64,000 nt of DNA, from NCBI GenBank assembly GCA_963753435.1, contig CAVWCF010000001.1:64001-128000 (forward strand). Reading direction: 5' to 3'. Under the pieces are notes generated by a model. It was not told the origin of the DNA. It was given only the letters and a program-made list of their open reading frames with translations, and did not search any database. The DNA comes from an uncultured Actinomycetota bacterium. GTDB lineage: Bacteria > Actinomycetota > Actinomycetes > CAVWCF01. The position numbers and the translations under genes are program-made. This document shows, one piece after another, positions 27,655-39,420 of this stretch (its first letter is position 1; each line of letters starts with the position of its first letter).

Positions 27655-29143
27655 CCTCCGCGGAGTGCTGCGTCCAACGGTGCAGGCCCGCCAGCTGCGA
27701 GATCTCGCCGCGGCTGTGGGTGCAAGTTCCGAAAGCCAGGTGCTCGTTTCCGGGGTCACCCACGACTCTCAGGCGGTCCTGCCGGGCGACCTGTTCGCGG
27801 CCCTGCCCGGCGCACGGACCCACGGGGCGCGCTTTGCGGAACAGGCGCTGGCGTCCGGGGCAGTGGCGGTGCTGACCGACGCCGCCGGCGCCGCAGCTGT
27901 GCCTGCCGGCGTCGAGGTGGTTGTGGTTGCCAACCCGCGCTCCGTATTGGGCCGGGTCTCGGCTCTGGTGTATGCCGATTCCGCCAAGGCTCAGGTGGCC
28001 GGGATCACCGGGACCAACGGCAAGACGACTGTTGCCTTTCTTCTGGCAGCCGGCTTGGCGGCCGCGGGGCATCGAACCGGGTTGCTGGGCACTGTCGGCA
28101 TCCGGATCGGTTCGGAATGGTTGCCGTCCGCGCGCACCACGCCGGAAGCCCCCGACGTTCATGCACTTCTGGCGTTGATGGTCCAGTCCGGCTGTTCGCA
28201 CGTGGCAATGGAGGTGTCCAGCCACGCGCTCGCTCTGAACCGCGTCGACGGCGTGCATTTCGCAACCGCTGGTTTCACGAACCTGGCGCGCGACCACCTC
28301 GACTTCCACGAGAGCCTCGACGAATACTTCGCGACGAAGTCGAAGCTATTCGAGCCCGAACGCTCCGGGAGCGCGGTGGTCTGTGTAGATGACGACTACG
28401 GCCGTCGCCTGCTGGCCGGGCTGACGATCCCCGCTGTCGGCGTCTCGGGCAACGGCCCGGCTGACATCTGGGCGGAGGACGTCACCATCGGTGCCACCGG
28501 ATCCCGCTGTGAGGTCGCCTTTCGGGACGGTCGCCGCTTGCCGATGGCCGTGCAACTGGTGGGTGACTTCAACCTGAGCAACGCTCTGGTCGCCGTGGGT
28601 CTACTGGATGAACTCGGTGTGGACCTGCAAGCCGCCATGGCTGGGATGGCGTCGCTGTCCAGCGTCCCCGGCAGAATGGAGCGCATCGACTCCGGCCAGG
28701 CGTTCACCGTGCTCGTGGACTACGCGCACACCCCGGATGCAGTCAGCGCCGCCCTTGCGGCTCTGCGAACCGACCGAGAGCACGTAAGGCTGGTGCTCGG
28801 CTGCGGCGGTGACCGCGACGCCGGCAAGCGTCCACTCATGGGGGCGGCGGCAGCAGCAGGCGCCGCGGAGGTGTGGTTCACCAGTGACAACCCGCGTTCG
28901 GAGGATCCGGCACTGATCGCGGATGAGATGCTCGCGGGCGTTGCGGCCCAGGAACGCCATCGCGTGCACCTTCAGTTGGACCGGGCCAGCGCCATCCGGG
29001 AGGCCATCGCATCGGCCCAACCAGGCGATGTGGTGCTGGTTGCGGGCAAAGGCCATGAGACCGGCCAGGAGATCAACGGTGAGGTGCTCCCGTTCGATGA
29101 CCGCGAGGAGTGCCGAGTCGCGCTGGCCGAGGTGATGGCATGA
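27647..29143 (+). CDS. murE: UDP-MurNAc-tripeptide synthetase MurE
   Basis: [31 protein letters not shown] (meso-DAP specificity motif), AGKGHE. Confidence 0.97.
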   Translation: MTSLRGVLRPTVQARQLRDLAAAVGASSESQVLVSGVTHDSQAVLPGDLFAALPGARTHGARFAEQALASGAVAVLTDAAGAAAVPAGVEVVVVANPRSVLGRVSALVYADSAKAQVAGITGTNGKTTVAFLLAAGLAAAGHRTGLLGTVGIRIGSEWLPSARTTPEAPDVHALLALMVQSGCSHVAMEVSSHALALNRVDGVHFATAGFTNLARDHLDFHESLDEYFATKSKLFEPERSGSAVVCVDDDYGRRLLAGLTIPAVGVSGNGPADIWAEDVTIGATGSRCEVAFRDGRRLPMAVQLVGDFNLSNALVAVGLLDELGVDLQAAMAGMASLSSVPGRMERIDSGQAFTVLVDYAHTPDAVSAALAALRTDREHVRLVLGCGGDRDAGKRPLMGAAAAAGAAEVWFTSDNPRSEDPALIADEMLAGVAAQERHRVHLQLDRASAIREAIASAQPGDVVLVAGKGHETGQEINGEVLPFDDREECRVALAEVMA

Positions 29144-30501
29144 GCAGTTGGACCTTGGGCGAACTGGCTCGGCTCGTCGGCGGCGAGCTCATGGGTGCCG
29201 AGCCCGCAACCACTGTCAGTGGCGCCAGCATCGACTCCCGCAACGTCCACGGCGGGGAACTGTTCGTGGCGCTGGCGGGGGAACGAACCGACGGCCACGA
29301 CCACGCGGCCGAGGCAATCGCCGCCGGCGCCGTGGCTGCCTTGGTCGCCCGGCCGATCGCCGGGCCGCACTTGCTCGTGTCCGATCCGGCCGCCGCGCTC
29401 ACAGCGTGGGCGGCAGCGCATCGACGCCGACTGGACCTCACCGTCGTCGCGGTTACCGGCTCAGCCGGCAAGACCACGACCAAAGACCTGATCGCGGACG
29501 TGCTGGCCGCCGCCGGTCCCACGGTGTCCACGCGCGGCTCGTACAACAACGAAATCGGTTTGCCCCTAACCGTGCTCTCCGCCTCGGCGACCGACCGGTT
29601 CCTGGTGCTCGAGATGGGAGCGCGCGGCCGTGGTCACATCGCCGCTCTCTGCGAGGTCGCGGCACCGGACATCGGGGTGGTCCTCAATGTCGGCCATGCG
29701 CACGTTGGCGAGTTCGGCGATCTGGCCACAACTGCTGTCGCCAAGGGCGAGTTGGTGGAGTCCTTGGCCGAGTCCGGTACGGCAGTGCTGAACCGCGACG
29801 ACCCCCTGGTGGCGGAAATGGCCGACCGGACGGCGGCCGACGTCCTCTGGTTCGGTCTTTCCAGCCATGCGGATGTGCGAGCCGACGAGGTTCGGATGCA
29901 CTCCGGTTGCGCCCGATTCGACTTGGACTTGGCGGGGTTGCGCGCACCGGTGGCACTGAGACTCGTGGGCCAGCATCAGGTGGCCAACGCCCTGGCAGCC
30001 GCGGCCGTTGGTCACGCAGTCGGCCTGCCCGTGACCGAAGTAGCGGCAGCACTGAGCCAGTCCGAACTCAAGTCGCGGTGGCGCATGGAGTTGCTGGACC
30101 TGCCCAACGGCGTGACTTTGGTGAACGACGCATACAACGCGAACCCCGATTCCATGCGTGCCGGCCTGGATGCCGTCACGGCCTTCGCCGAAGGGCGCCG
30201 AGTCTTCGCGGTCTTGGGACTGATGGGGGAGTTGGGCGCCGACAGCGCTCGCTTGCACGAAGAGATCGGTGCATACGCGGCGTCGTTGGGCGCGTATGTG
30301 CTCGGCGTAGGACAGGATGCGGCTGCGGTAGTGACCGGCGCGGTGGCGGCCGGTGGCAGCGCGGAGTTGGTTGAGACGGTCTCGGCCGCGGTGGATTGGC
30401 TGCAGGGGGCGCTGCAGCCGGCGGATGTGGTGCTCGTCAAGGCGTCCCGGTCGGCGGGCTTGGAACGGGTAGTAGCGGGCTTGCAGGAGGTGTCGGCTTG
30501 A
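29140..30501 (+). CDS. murF: UDP-MurNAc-pentapeptide synthetase MurF
   Basis: [34 protein letters not shown]. Confidence 0.97.
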   Translation: MSSWTLGELARLVGGELMGAEPATTVSGASIDSRNVHGGELFVALAGERTDGHDHAAEAIAAGAVAALVARPIAGPHLLVSDPAAALTAWAAAHRRRLDLTVVAVTGSAGKTTTKDLIADVLAAAGPTVSTRGSYNNEIGLPLTVLSASATDRFLVLEMGARGRGHIAALCEVAAPDIGVVLNVGHAHVGEFGDLATTAVAKGELVESLAESGTAVLNRDDPLVAEMADRTAADVLWFGLSSHADVRADEVRMHSGCARFDLDLAGLRAPVALRLVGQHQVANALAAAAVGHAVGLPVTEVAAALSQSELKSRWRMELLDLPNGVTLVNDAYNANPDSMRAGLDAVTAFAEGRRVFAVLGLMGELGADSARLHEEIGAYAASLGAYVLGVGQDAAAVVTGAVAAGGSAELVETVSAAVDWLQGALQPADVVLVKASRSAGLERVVAGLQEVSA

Positions 30502-31562
30502 GACAACTGCTGCTGTCCGGTGCGGTCTCCATGGTCGTTGCCCTGTTCGGAACTCGTTGGGCTATCTCCTTCTTGTCGCGCCGTGGCTTCGGTCAACTGA
30601 TCCGCGACGACGGTCCCACCACGCACCACAGCAAGCGCGGCACCCCCACGATGGGCGGCGCGGTGATCATCACGGCAGTACTCGCCGGGTACATCGCCGC
30701 GCACTTGCTGTCGTTGCGCGGGCCAACCGCCAGCGGTGTGCTGCTGCTCTTCTTGATGATCGGGTTGGGCGCCGTCGGATTCACCGATGACTACCTGAAG
30801 ATTCGCAACCAGAGATCTCTTGGGCTGCGCAGCGCTGCCAAACTCATGGGACAGGCTTTCGTTGCGATCATCTTCGCGGTTGCCGCGCTGCAGTTCGAAG
30901 ACGCCAATGGTTTGACGCCCGCAAGTTCGGCGCTGTCAATTACCAGGGATACGGCTTTGGTCCTTGGGCCGCTGCTCTTCCTCATCTGGGCGTACCTGAT
31001 GATCGCCGCCACCTCCAACGCGGTGAACCTCACCGATGGCCTTGATGGCCTCGCAACCGGCGCCGCCGCGATCACCTTCTCTGCGTACGCACTCATTGGC
31101 GTCTGGCAATTCGGGCAGTCGTGTGAACGATCCACTGGGACTGGCTGCTACGAGGTACGCGATCCGCTGGACCTGGCGCTGATTGCCGCGGCCCTTGCGG
31201 GTGCGTGCGTGGGCTTCCTTTGGTGGAACACCTCGCCGGCGCAGATATTCATGGGTGACACCGGGTCGCTGGCTCTGGGTGGTGCGATGGCGGGTCTGGC
31301 CATCCTCACCAGGACTGAGTTGCTGCTACTCCTCATGGGTGGCCTCTTCGTGGTGGTGACCGCATCTGTGATCCTGCAGGTGGCCTCGTTCCGGCTGACC
31401 GGTAAGCGCGTCTTTCGCATGGCGCCACTGCAACACCACTTCGAGCTACGCGGTTGGGCCGAGGTGACGATCGTCGTTCGCTTCTGGATCGTCGGGTTCC
31501 TCGGCGTTGCGGGAGCCTTGGGAATCTTCTACGCCGAGTGGGTTTCGGGCGCCTTCGAATGA
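30498..31562 (+). CDS. mraY: Phospho-MurNAc-pentapeptide transferase MraY
   Basis: [42 protein letters not shown]; TTG start after GGAGG. Confidence 0.97.
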   Translation: MRQLLLSGAVSMVVALFGTRWAISFLSRRGFGQLIRDDGPTTHHSKRGTPTMGGAVIITAVLAGYIAAHLLSLRGPTASGVLLLFLMIGLGAVGFTDDYLKIRNQRSLGLRSAAKLMGQAFVAIIFAVAALQFEDANGLTPASSALSITRDTALVLGPLLFLIWAYLMIAATSNAVNLTDGLDGLATGAAAITFSAYALIGVWQFGQSCERSTGTGCYEVRDPLDLALIAAALAGACVGFLWWNTSPAQIFMGDTGSLALGGAMAGLAILTRTELLLLLMGGLFVVVTASVILQVASFRLTGKRVFRMAPLQHHFELRGWAEVTIVVRFWIVGFLGVAGALGIFYAEWVSGAFE

Positions 31563-32971
31563 GCCTCGTGACCGCACGTGGTGTTGCGGCCCTGCGGGCC
31601 GGACTGTCGGGCCGACTCGTTTGCGTTGCGGGCCTTGGGGTTACCGGCGAGTCCGCGGTGCGGGCGCTGCACCATCTGGGCGCCGATGTGGTTGTCAGCG
31701 AGGCGGCGCCGCAGCGGCAGCAGGAACGCCTGGACCGGTTGCAGGCAGATGGCATCAACGTGCGCATGGTCGAAGAGTTGCCACAGGCGGCGACGTTGCT
31801 CCTGGTCTCGCCGGGGTGGCGACCGTCGCAGCCACTTGTAGCCGCCGCCGCCGATCGCGGGGTGCCGGTTTGGGGTGATGCCGAGCTGGCGCGGAGACTG
31901 AATCCGGACCTGCCCTGGCTGGCCATCACCGGAACCAATGGCAAGACCACGACCGTGCACATGCTGACGCAGATTCTTCTGGCCGCCGGGCACCGAGCGG
32001 TCAGCGCCGGCAATGTCGGAACCGCACTGCTGGACGTCGTCACGACCGGGGACGTAGACGTGGTCGCGGTGGAACTGTCGAGTTTCCAGTTGCACTACAG
32101 CCAGCAGGTGGATGCCGTGGCGTCGGCTGTGCTGAACGTGAGCGACGATCACCTGGACTGGCACGGCTCGCTGGAGCAGTACGCGGCCGACAAGGGCCGA
32201 ATTCATCGATCCACCAGCACCGCGGCGATCTTCAACGTGGCGGATCCGGTGACATTCGAGGTGATCGCCGACATCGGTGCCGGCTGCCGCCGGGTTGGCT
32301 TCACGCTGGGCACTCCGGCTGTGGACCAGATCGGGGTCGTGGAGGACCTGATTGTCGATCGCGCCTTTGTCGACGACGCGACCGAAGCTGTGGAATTGGC
32401 GCGCCTTGCCGACTTGGAATCCGCCGCTCCACACAACGTGGCCAATGCCTTGGCGGCTGCCTGCTTGGCACGCGCGTTCGGAGTGCCTGCCACCGCCGTC
32501 AACGAGGGCCTGTCCGCGTTCAGGCCGCAACCGCATCGGCTCGCGCATGTGTCCACCCACCGCGGCGTCGCGTACGTGGATGACTCCAAGGCCACGAATC
32601 CGCACGCGGCCCAGGCTGCGCTGTCGAGCTTCGACTCAATCGTCTGGATTGGCGGCGGTCTGGCCAAGGGAGCCAACTTCGATCAATTGGCTGCTGCGGC
32701 GGGCAACCGCATCCGCTGCGCGGTCCTAATCGGCACGGACCGTGCCCTGATCGCCGACGCGTTTCGGCGACACGCGCCGCACGTCCCCCTAATCGACGTT
32801 CCGGAAACTGACAATACGGTCATGGTTCGTGCTGTCACTGCCGCCGCCGCTGCGGCGAATCCCGGTGACACGGTGCTGCTGGCGCCGGCGTGCGCATCAA
32901 TGGACCTGTTCACCGACTACGCCGATCGCGGCCGTGCGTTTGTTGCCGCAGTCGATCGGCTCGCCGAATGA
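31559..32971 (+). CDS. murD: UDP-MurNAc-L-Ala:D-Glu ligase MurD
   Basis: [39 protein letters not shown]. Confidence 0.97.
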   Translation: MSLVTARGVAALRAGLSGRLVCVAGLGVTGESAVRALHHLGADVVVSEAAPQRQQERLDRLQADGINVRMVEELPQAATLLLVSPGWRPSQPLVAAAADRGVPVWGDAELARRLNPDLPWLAITGTNGKTTTVHMLTQILLAAGHRAVSAGNVGTALLDVVTTGDVDVVAVELSSFQLHYSQQVDAVASAVLNVSDDHLDWHGSLEQYAADKGRIHRSTSTAAIFNVADPVTFEVIADIGAGCRRVGFTLGTPAVDQIGVVEDLIVDRAFVDDATEAVELARLADLESAAPHNVANALAAACLARAFGVPATAVNEGLSAFRPQPHRLAHVSTHRGVAYVDDSKATNPHAAQAALSSFDSIVWIGGGLAKGANFDQLAAAAGNRIRCAVLIGTDRALIADAFRRHAPHVPLIDVPETDNTVMVRAVTAAAAAANPGDTVLLAPACASMDLFTDYADRGRAFVAAVDRLAE

Positions 32972-34149
32972 GTGCAGTTCCGGCGCCGCAGCGGACCTCG
33001 GATCGCGCCCTGGCGGTGACCCGCTGGCTGCGGCACCCAGCCGCTGACCAGTACCTGATCCTGGGCTCGACCATCATGTTGCTGGTTCTGGGCCTGGTCA
33101 TGGTCCTGTCGGCATCGTCGGTTTACGCGTACACGACCGCTGGTTCGACTTTCGCGCTGTTCGCAAAGCAACTCTTGTGGGCGGGTCTGGGGCTAGGTCT
33201 CTTCTTCCTTGTGGCCCGGACACCGCTGTCCTTCTGGCGCCGCATGGCCTACCCGATGCTGGGGGTGACCCTCTTCGCCCTCGTGCTGGTACTGGTTCCC
33301 GGTGTCGGGGTTGAGGTCAACGGCAACCGGAACTGGCTGGACGTCGGCGGCCCGTTCCGCTTGCAGCCTTCGGAGGCGGTGAAGCTCGTCCTCATCGTCT
33401 GGGGTGCCAGCGTGCTGACCACCAAGCAGGCATTGCTGCACCAGTGGCGGCACCTCCTGGTGCCGGTGCTGCCGGTCGCGGCAACTGCACTGGTGCTGGT
33501 GCTCATGGGTGGGGACCTGGGAACCGCTCTGGTGATCATGGCGGTCGTCGGTGCCCTCTACTTCGTGGCCGGTGCGCCCTGGCGGCTCTTTGCGCTGCTC
33601 GGCGGCATAGCGGTTGCCGGAGTTGTGGCCCTGTCCGTAACCACTCCGTACCGGCTGGAGCGATTCACCACCTGGCTGAACCCGGAAGCGGACTACCTCG
33701 GGTCCGGTTGGCAGGCGGTGCACTCCAAGTTCGCGTTGGCCACCGGCGGCTGGTGGGGCGTCGGCCTAGGCGCCAGCCGGGAGAAGTGGGGTGGTCTCCC
33801 GGAGGCGCACACCGACTTCATCTTCGCCATCGTTGGCGAGGAACTCGGCCTGGTCGGCACGCTGACGGTCCTGCTGCTCTTCGCCGGTTTGATCCTGGCC
33901 GGCATCCGAATCGCGTTGCGGGCCACGGATCGGTTCGTCCGTCTCACCGCCGCCGGGATCACGTTCTGGGTCGCGTTCCAGGCGGTAGTGAACATCGGCG
34001 CCGTTCTCGGGGTGCTGCCGATCACCGGTGTCCCGCTGCCGCTGGTCTCCTACGGTGGCTCGGCGCTCCTGCCGACCCTGGCCGGGTTGGGGTTGCTGTT
34101 GGCACTTTCACGGCACCCGTCCGCCGACCGGGTCATTGACGTGCGGTGA
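32968..34149 (+). CDS. ftsW: SEDS protein FtsW
   Basis: GLVMVLSAS, QPSE..K, LPEAHTDFIF..GEELG, P.TGVPLP.VSYGGS. Confidence 0.96.
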   Translation: MSAVPAPQRTSDRALAVTRWLRHPAADQYLILGSTIMLLVLGLVMVLSASSVYAYTTAGSTFALFAKQLLWAGLGLGLFFLVARTPLSFWRRMAYPMLGVTLFALVLVLVPGVGVEVNGNRNWLDVGGPFRLQPSEAVKLVLIVWGASVLTTKQALLHQWRHLLVPVLPVAATALVLVLMGGDLGTALVIMAVVGALYFVAGAPWRLFALLGGIAVAGVVALSVTTPYRLERFTTWLNPEADYLGSGWQAVHSKFALATGGWWGVGLGASREKWGGLPEAHTDFIFAIVGEELGLVGTLTVLLLFAGLILAGIRIALRATDRFVRLTAAGITFWVAFQAVVNIGAVLGVLPITGVPLPLVSYGGSALLPTLAGLGLLLALSRHPSADRVIDVR

Positions 34150-35237
34150 CCGAGTCCGTTGTGCTTGCCGGCGGCGGAACTGCCGGGCACGTGCTGCCGG
34201 CCCTGGCAACCGCGGCGGCACTAATCCGCAAGCATCCGCAGGTGCGATTGACCTTCCTCGGCACTGAACGTGGTCTGGAGTCGCGGTTGGTGGCTGAGGC
34301 CGGACACGATCTCGTCACCATCCCGGCCGTTCCCATGCCACGTCGCCCCAGCGGCGACCTGGTGGCAATGCCCCGGCGCTGGCGCGCCGCCGTTGGTGCA
34401 GCTCGGGAAGCGTTGGTTTCGGTGCAGGCCCAAGCAGTAGTCGGGTTCGGTGGGTACGTATCCGCGCCGGCATACGCGGCCGGCCGGGCCGAAGCCGTTC
34501 CGGTCGTGGTGCATGAGTCCAATGCGAGACCAGGTTGGGCCAACCGTCTTGGTGCCAGGTTCGCCGACGCGGTGACGACTGCGGGCCCGGACATCAGACT
34601 TCGCCGGGCCCAGCCAATTGGCATACCGCTTCGGCGCAGCATCACCACGCTGGATCGGACTGCTACCCGTGCTGAGGCCAGGCGCTACTTCGGCCTGGAA
34701 CCGAACCGGCCAACGCTGCTGGCGTTCGGCGGGTCCCAAGGTGCGCGGCGGATCAATGTCGCTGTCTCGGCCGCGGCGAGTGACTTGGTGGCCGCGGGTG
34801 CGCAAGTCCTGCATGCGGTTGGTGCCGGTGCCGCGGGCGTACCCGAGGACGCCGTCGAGATTCCCGGCTACCAGGTGCGGCCGTACTTGGAGCGCATGGA
34901 TCTTGCCTATGCGGCCGCAGATCTCGTCCTCTGTCGAGCAGGCGCCTTGACTGTCGCGGAGCTGACCGCGGTTGGGCTACCTGCGGTCTATGTGCCGCTG
35001 CCGATCGGCAACGGCGAACAGCGACTGAACGCCGAGCCCGTGGTCGCCGCCGGGGGCGGACTACTGGTGGATGATGCGGACTGCTCGGCACATTGGGTCC
35101 GCGACGTGATCGTGCCCCTGCTGCGGAACAGTTCGCGGTTGGCTGCCATGGAAGCAGCGGCCCGGAGAGCCGGTCATGCTGACGCGGACGAAAAGCTGGC
35201 CGGGATCGTGCTGGCGGCCATGGAGAAGTCGCGATGA
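34146..35237 (+). CDS. murG: Lipid II GlcNAc transferase MurG
   Basis: GGGTAGH, GFGGYVS, HESN, GGSQGA, RAGA.T..E, EQ..NA. Confidence 0.97.
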   Translation: MTESVVLAGGGTAGHVLPALATAAALIRKHPQVRLTFLGTERGLESRLVAEAGHDLVTIPAVPMPRRPSGDLVAMPRRWRAAVGAAREALVSVQAQAVVGFGGYVSAPAYAAGRAEAVPVVVHESNARPGWANRLGARFADAVTTAGPDIRLRRAQPIGIPLRRSITTLDRTATRAEARRYFGLEPNRPTLLAFGGSQGARRINVAVSAAASDLVAAGAQVLHAVGAGAAGVPEDAVEIPGYQVRPYLERMDLAYAAADLVLCRAGALTVAELTAVGLPAVYVPLPIGNGEQRLNAEPVVAAGGGLLVDDADCSAHWVRDVIVPLLRNSSRLAAMEAAARRAGHADADEKLAGIVLAAMEKSR

Positions 35238-36632
35238 CCGACTTGGTGCAGCCAGTGCACTTCATCGGCATCGGGGGCGCCGGGATGTCGGCGATCGCGC
35301 GCATCCTTCTTGCCAGGGGGTATGCAGTCAGCGGCAGTGACGCCAAGGATTCGGTTGCCCTTTCCGCATTGAAGGTGCTCGGCGCCAGGACGTTCGTAGG
35401 GCACGCTGCTGAGCAGGTTCACGGCGCCGGCACGGTCGTCGTCTCGACCGCGATTGGCGACGCCAATGCCGAGGTGGTCGAGGCGGGCAGGCTCGGCCTG
35501 CCGGTCCTGCGGCGCGCCGAGGCGTTGGCGGAGACGATGGTCGGACACACCGTCGTCGCAGTCGCCGGCACCCACGGCAAGACGACGACAACGTCGATGC
35601 TGACGGTGGCGGTGCAAGCTTGCGGCGAGGATCCGTCGTTCGCCATCGGCGGGAGCCTCAATGAGTCCGGAGTGAACGCCCACAACGGCAGTGGTGATCT
35701 GTTCATCGCCGAGGCGGACGAGTCGGACGGGACCTTCCTGGTGTTCAGCCCGGACCTGGCGATCATCACGAACGTGGAGCCGGATCATCTGGACCACTAC
35801 GGCAGTCCAGCTGCCGTCGAGGACGCCTTCGCGGAGATGCTCGATCGCATCCGACCTGGAGGCACGCTGGTCGTCTCCGCTGATGACGCCGGCGCAGTTC
35901 GGATCGCCGAAAGGGCGGTTGGCCGGGAGTTCCCAACGGTGACCTTCGGCGAATCGGACGTTGCTGATCTGCGCATCGAATCACTGAACCTTGCTGCCGC
36001 TCGGCTCGGAATGGACCCCGGTGTTCCGGGGAAGGCGATTGCCCCCGCTCCGGCTACGGGTACCCGGGCGACACAACGCGCTGAATGCCGCCGCAGCTCT
36101 TGCTGCGGGCCTGGCGCTGGGGTTACCCGAGACGGGACTTCGCGAGGGCTTGAGTGCCTTCAGCGGGACCAGGCGGCGTTTTGAGCCGAAGGGCAGTGCT
36201 GCCGGAGTGCGCGTATTCGATGACTACGCCCATCACCCGACCGAGGTTGCCGCGACCCTGGCCGCCGCGCGGCGTGCTGCCGGCGACGGCCGCGTGGTGG
36301 CGGTGTTTCAGCCGCATCGATTCAGCCGAACTGCTGCCTTTCGCACCGGCTTTGCCGAGTCCCTGGCCGCCGCTGATGAGGTAGTGGTCATGGAGGTGTA
36401 TGCGGCTGGGGAGGACGCCGTCCCCGGGGCTTCCGGTGCAGCGGTCGCTGCCGAGGTGCCGCTACCCCCGGACCGGGTGGTCTTCGAGCCATCTTGGTCG
36501 GCGGTGCCGGCCGTGGTCGCTGCTCGCTGCCGGCCGGGGGACTTGGTGCTGACCATGGGTGCCGGCGACGTGACGATGATCGGGCCGGAGATCCTCCGGC
36601 TCCTCGCCGATTCGGCGGCTGATGACTCATGA
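35234..36632 (+). CDS. murC: UDP-MurNAc:L-Ala ligase MurC (split by an apparent +1 indel near 35990)
   Basis: N-half: HFIGIGGAGMS, GTHGKTTT, EADESD, DHLD. C-half in the next frame: PGRHN, GTRRRF, DDYAHHPTE, FQPHR, GAGD. Confidence 0.93.
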
Positions 36633-37324
36633 CAGCAACTCTTGCCCGCTCGAAGCAGCCCGTTCGTCGTCGGCGCGCGGTGTGGCTGCTGGGCGCGTTG
36701 ACAATCGTCAGCTTGTTCGTCATCGCTGCCTTCACGCCGGTCCTGGGCGTCCGCCAAGTTGAGGTGACCGGAACCAAGGCGGTTGCCGTCGATGAGATTG
36801 AGCGCGCTGCCGCGGTGACTACGGGAACGCCGATGCTCCGCGTGGACGTCGGCGGTGCCACTGACCGGGTCGAGGAGTTGAGTCAGGTTCGTGCGGCAAC
36901 CGTGGTCCGGGACTGGCCCTGGACGGTTCGCATCGACGTCACCGAGCGAACGGTGGCAGCAGTGATGGCGTCTGGTGATCAGTGGCGGGCCTTCGACGTC
37001 GACGGCGTCGAGTTCGCGCGCATCACCGACGCCGCGGACTCGGTGCCCCGGCTGGACCCGGGTCGGCAGGGGGCCTCGGCGCGCACGGTTGCGGCGATGC
37101 TGGAGTTGTTCGCGGCCATGCCGCCCCCGGCGCAAGCCGAAGTGCAACGGCTGAACCCAGTCAGCGAGAACGACCTGCGCATGCTGATCGCCGGTGCGGA
37201 GGTTCGCTTCGGCTCGAATACCGACGCGGGGGAGAAGGTCCGAGTGCTGGCCGCCCTGCGCCAGGCCGCGCCCGGGGCCGCGGTCTATGACGTCAGCGCT
37301 CCGGACGCTCCCGCTGCGCGCTGA
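36629..37324 (+). CDS. ftsQ: Cell division protein FtsQ
   Basis: TM, POTRA-like V.V.G..R.WP.T..I.V.ER, C-terminal YDVSAP; position before ftsZ. Confidence 0.88.
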   Translation: MTATLARSKQPVRRRRAVWLLGALTIVSLFVIAAFTPVLGVRQVEVTGTKAVAVDEIERAAAVTTGTPMLRVDVGGATDRVEELSQVRAATVVRDWPWTVRIDVTERTVAAVMASGDQWRAFDVDGVEFARITDAADSVPRLDPGRQGASARTVAAMLELFAAMPPPAQAEVQRLNPVSENDLRMLIAGAEVRFGSNTDAGEKVRVLAALRQAAPGAAVYDVSAPDAPAAR

Positions 37325-37350
37325 CTGCTGACTCGGGTAGTGGCCGCATC

Positions 37351-37457
37351 ACACCTAACTCTCAAGTAGCGCCTTGCGTCCGTCGCGCGACGTGCCCTAC
37401 CGTGCGACCCGATCGGTGCTTGACAACACCCTAATTCTCAAGTAGAGGGTCAGGGTT
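37351..37457 (+). promoter_or_regulatory. ftsZ promoter with a duplicated CTAA-y-TCTCAAGTAG element
   Basis: Direct repeats at 37351-37369 and 37426-37445; the second follows TTGACA (37420) and forms an imperfect palindrome ACCCT..AGGGT. Confidence 0.55.
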
Positions 37458-37540
37458 CTGGAAGCGCCGTTCCTTCCCCCGCCCGGCCCAGGCGAGCGCC
37501 TGGGCCGGTAGCCGTAGTCAGCTCCAGGAGAGGAACGTCC

Positions 37541-38690
37541 ATGGCCACCCCCACCAACTACGTCGCAGTCATCAAGGTCGTCGGAATCGGCGGCGGCGGA
37601 GTCAACGCCGTGAACCGGATGATCGAGGCGGGCTTGAAGGGCGTGGAGTTCGTCGCCATCAATACCGATGCGCAGGCGCTGCTGCTGTCCGACGCGAACG
37701 TCAAGTTGGACATCGGTCGGGAACTGACGCGCGGCCTGGGGGCCGGGGCCGACCCGGAGGTGGGTCGGCGTGCATCCGAAGACCACCGCACCGAGATCGA
37801 AGAGGTGCTCAAGGGCGCCGACATGGTCTTCGTGACGGCCGGCGAAGGCGGCGGTACTGGAACCGGTGGGGCGCCGATCGTTGCGGAGATCGCCCGCTCG
37901 CTTGGGGGCGCTCACGGTCGGTGTCGTGACCCGCCCGTTCAGCTTTGAGGGACGCCGGCGCGGCCAGACCGCCGAGCAGGGGATCGCGGAGTTGTCGGAC
38001 AGGGTGGACACCCTCATCGTCATTCCGAACGACCGCCTGCTGAGCATCAGCGATCGACAGGTCTCCGCGCTGGACGCCTTCCGAAGTGCTGACGAGGTGC
38101 TGCGCAGCGGCGTTCAGGGCATCACCGATCTGATCACCGTCCCCGGGCTGATCAACCTGGACTTCGCCGACGTCAAGTCGGTCATGGCCGGTGCTGGCGG
38201 CGCCCTGATGGGAATCGGCTCGGCGACTGGCGAGGACCGAGCGGTCGAAGCGGCAACACGGGCGATCTCCTCTCCGTTGCTGGAGGCCAGCATCGAGGGT
38301 GCGCACGCCGTGTTGCTGAGCGTTTCCGGTGGGTCCGATCTGGGTCTGCACGAACTGCACGAGGCCGCTCGCCTCATCACCGACGCGGTGAACGAGGACG
38401 CGAACGTCATCTTCGGATCGACAATTGACGACGCGCTAGGAGATGAGGTGCGGGTCACGGTCATCGCCGCTGGTTTCGACGGGGGCGCACCGACACCGCT
38501 GGCCGAGTCGCAGTTGGTCCGCCCGGAGCCGGCGGCCAAGGCCGTCGAGCCGGAGATCGACGTGACGAAGGCGGAGTCGCCGGAGGAGGCGCTGGTCCCG
38601 GAGCCGGCCGGCCCGGCTCGACCGAAGAAGAAGGTGCTGTTCGATGACCTCAGCGGCGACGACTTGGACGTGCCCGACTTCCTGAAGTGA
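37541..38690 (+). CDS. ftsZ: Cell division protein FtsZ (split by an extra G in a G5 run at 37904-37908)
   Basis: [13 protein letters not shown] and GGGTGTG, then [28 protein letters not shown] in the +1 frame. Confidence 0.96.
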
Positions 38691-38697
38691 CCTGCAG

Positions 38698-39420
38698 ATG
38701 CTCGATCGCGTTGACTTGGGCGCGGGGATCGTCGCCGGCTTCACTAGCAGGGTCGGTGGCTTCTCTTCAGGGGCCTTCGACAGTCTGAACCTCGCCGAGC
38801 ACGTCGGCGATGAGTTGGCTGCGGTGCAGGCGAACCGGAACCGTTTGGCAGACCTCATTGGCCTGCCGCTGCGCTTGATGCGCCAGGTCCACGGCCGTGA
38901 CGTCCATGTGGTCGATGACACCTGGAGTGACGACGAGGCCGCCCCGGCCGCCGATGCGCTGGTGACCGCGAAGCGCGGTCTTGGCCTTTCAGTACTGGTT
39001 GCCGACTGTGTGCCGGTGTTGCTCAGCGACCCCGAGGTAGGTGTCGTAGCGGCGGTCCACGCCGGGCGCCGTGGCGTCGTCGCCGATGTCGTGGGTGCTG
39101 CAGTGGTGGCGATGCAGGGTCTGGGCGCGGAGCCGGTGCGGATGCGGGCCGCGCTGGGCCCGGCTATCTGTCCCGCCTGCTACCCGGTGGGCGCGGAAGT
39201 CCAGGCCGAGTTGGTTGAGGTCGCACCCGAAGCGGCCGCCGTGGCTGCGGACGGATCGCCGGCGGTGGACCTGCGACTTGCGATCGCCGTGCGCCTTGCC
39301 CGGCTCGGTATCCAGGTGACGGTCAGCGATGTCTGCACAGCCGAGTCGCCTCGGCACTTCTCCTACCGCCGCGACCGGCGTACCGGACGAACTGCCGGCG
39401 TGATCGGCCTGCAGCGGTGA
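38698..39420 (+). CDS. pgeF: Peptidoglycan editing factor PgeF (YfiH)
   Basis: SLNL, QVHG, ADCVPVL, HAG, GPAIC..CY.VG, FSYRR. Confidence 0.92.
   Translation: MLDRVDLGAGIVAGFTSRVGGFSSGAFDSLNLAEHVGDELAAVQANRNRLADLIGLPLRLMRQVHGRDVHVVDDTWSDDEAAPAADALVTAKRGLGLSVLVADCVPVLLSDPEVGVVAAVHAGRRGVVADVVGAAVVAMQGLGAEPVRMRAALGPAICPACYPVGAEVQAELVEVAPEAAAVAADGSPAVDLRLAIAVRLARLGIQVTVSDVCTAESPRHFSYRRDRRTGRTAGVIGLQR

Noticed and set aside
35234-38690. murC and ftsZ as pseudogenes or programmed frameshifts
   Set aside because: Essential genes with one indel each, no other decay and no slippery-site/stimulator structure; assembly error is more likely
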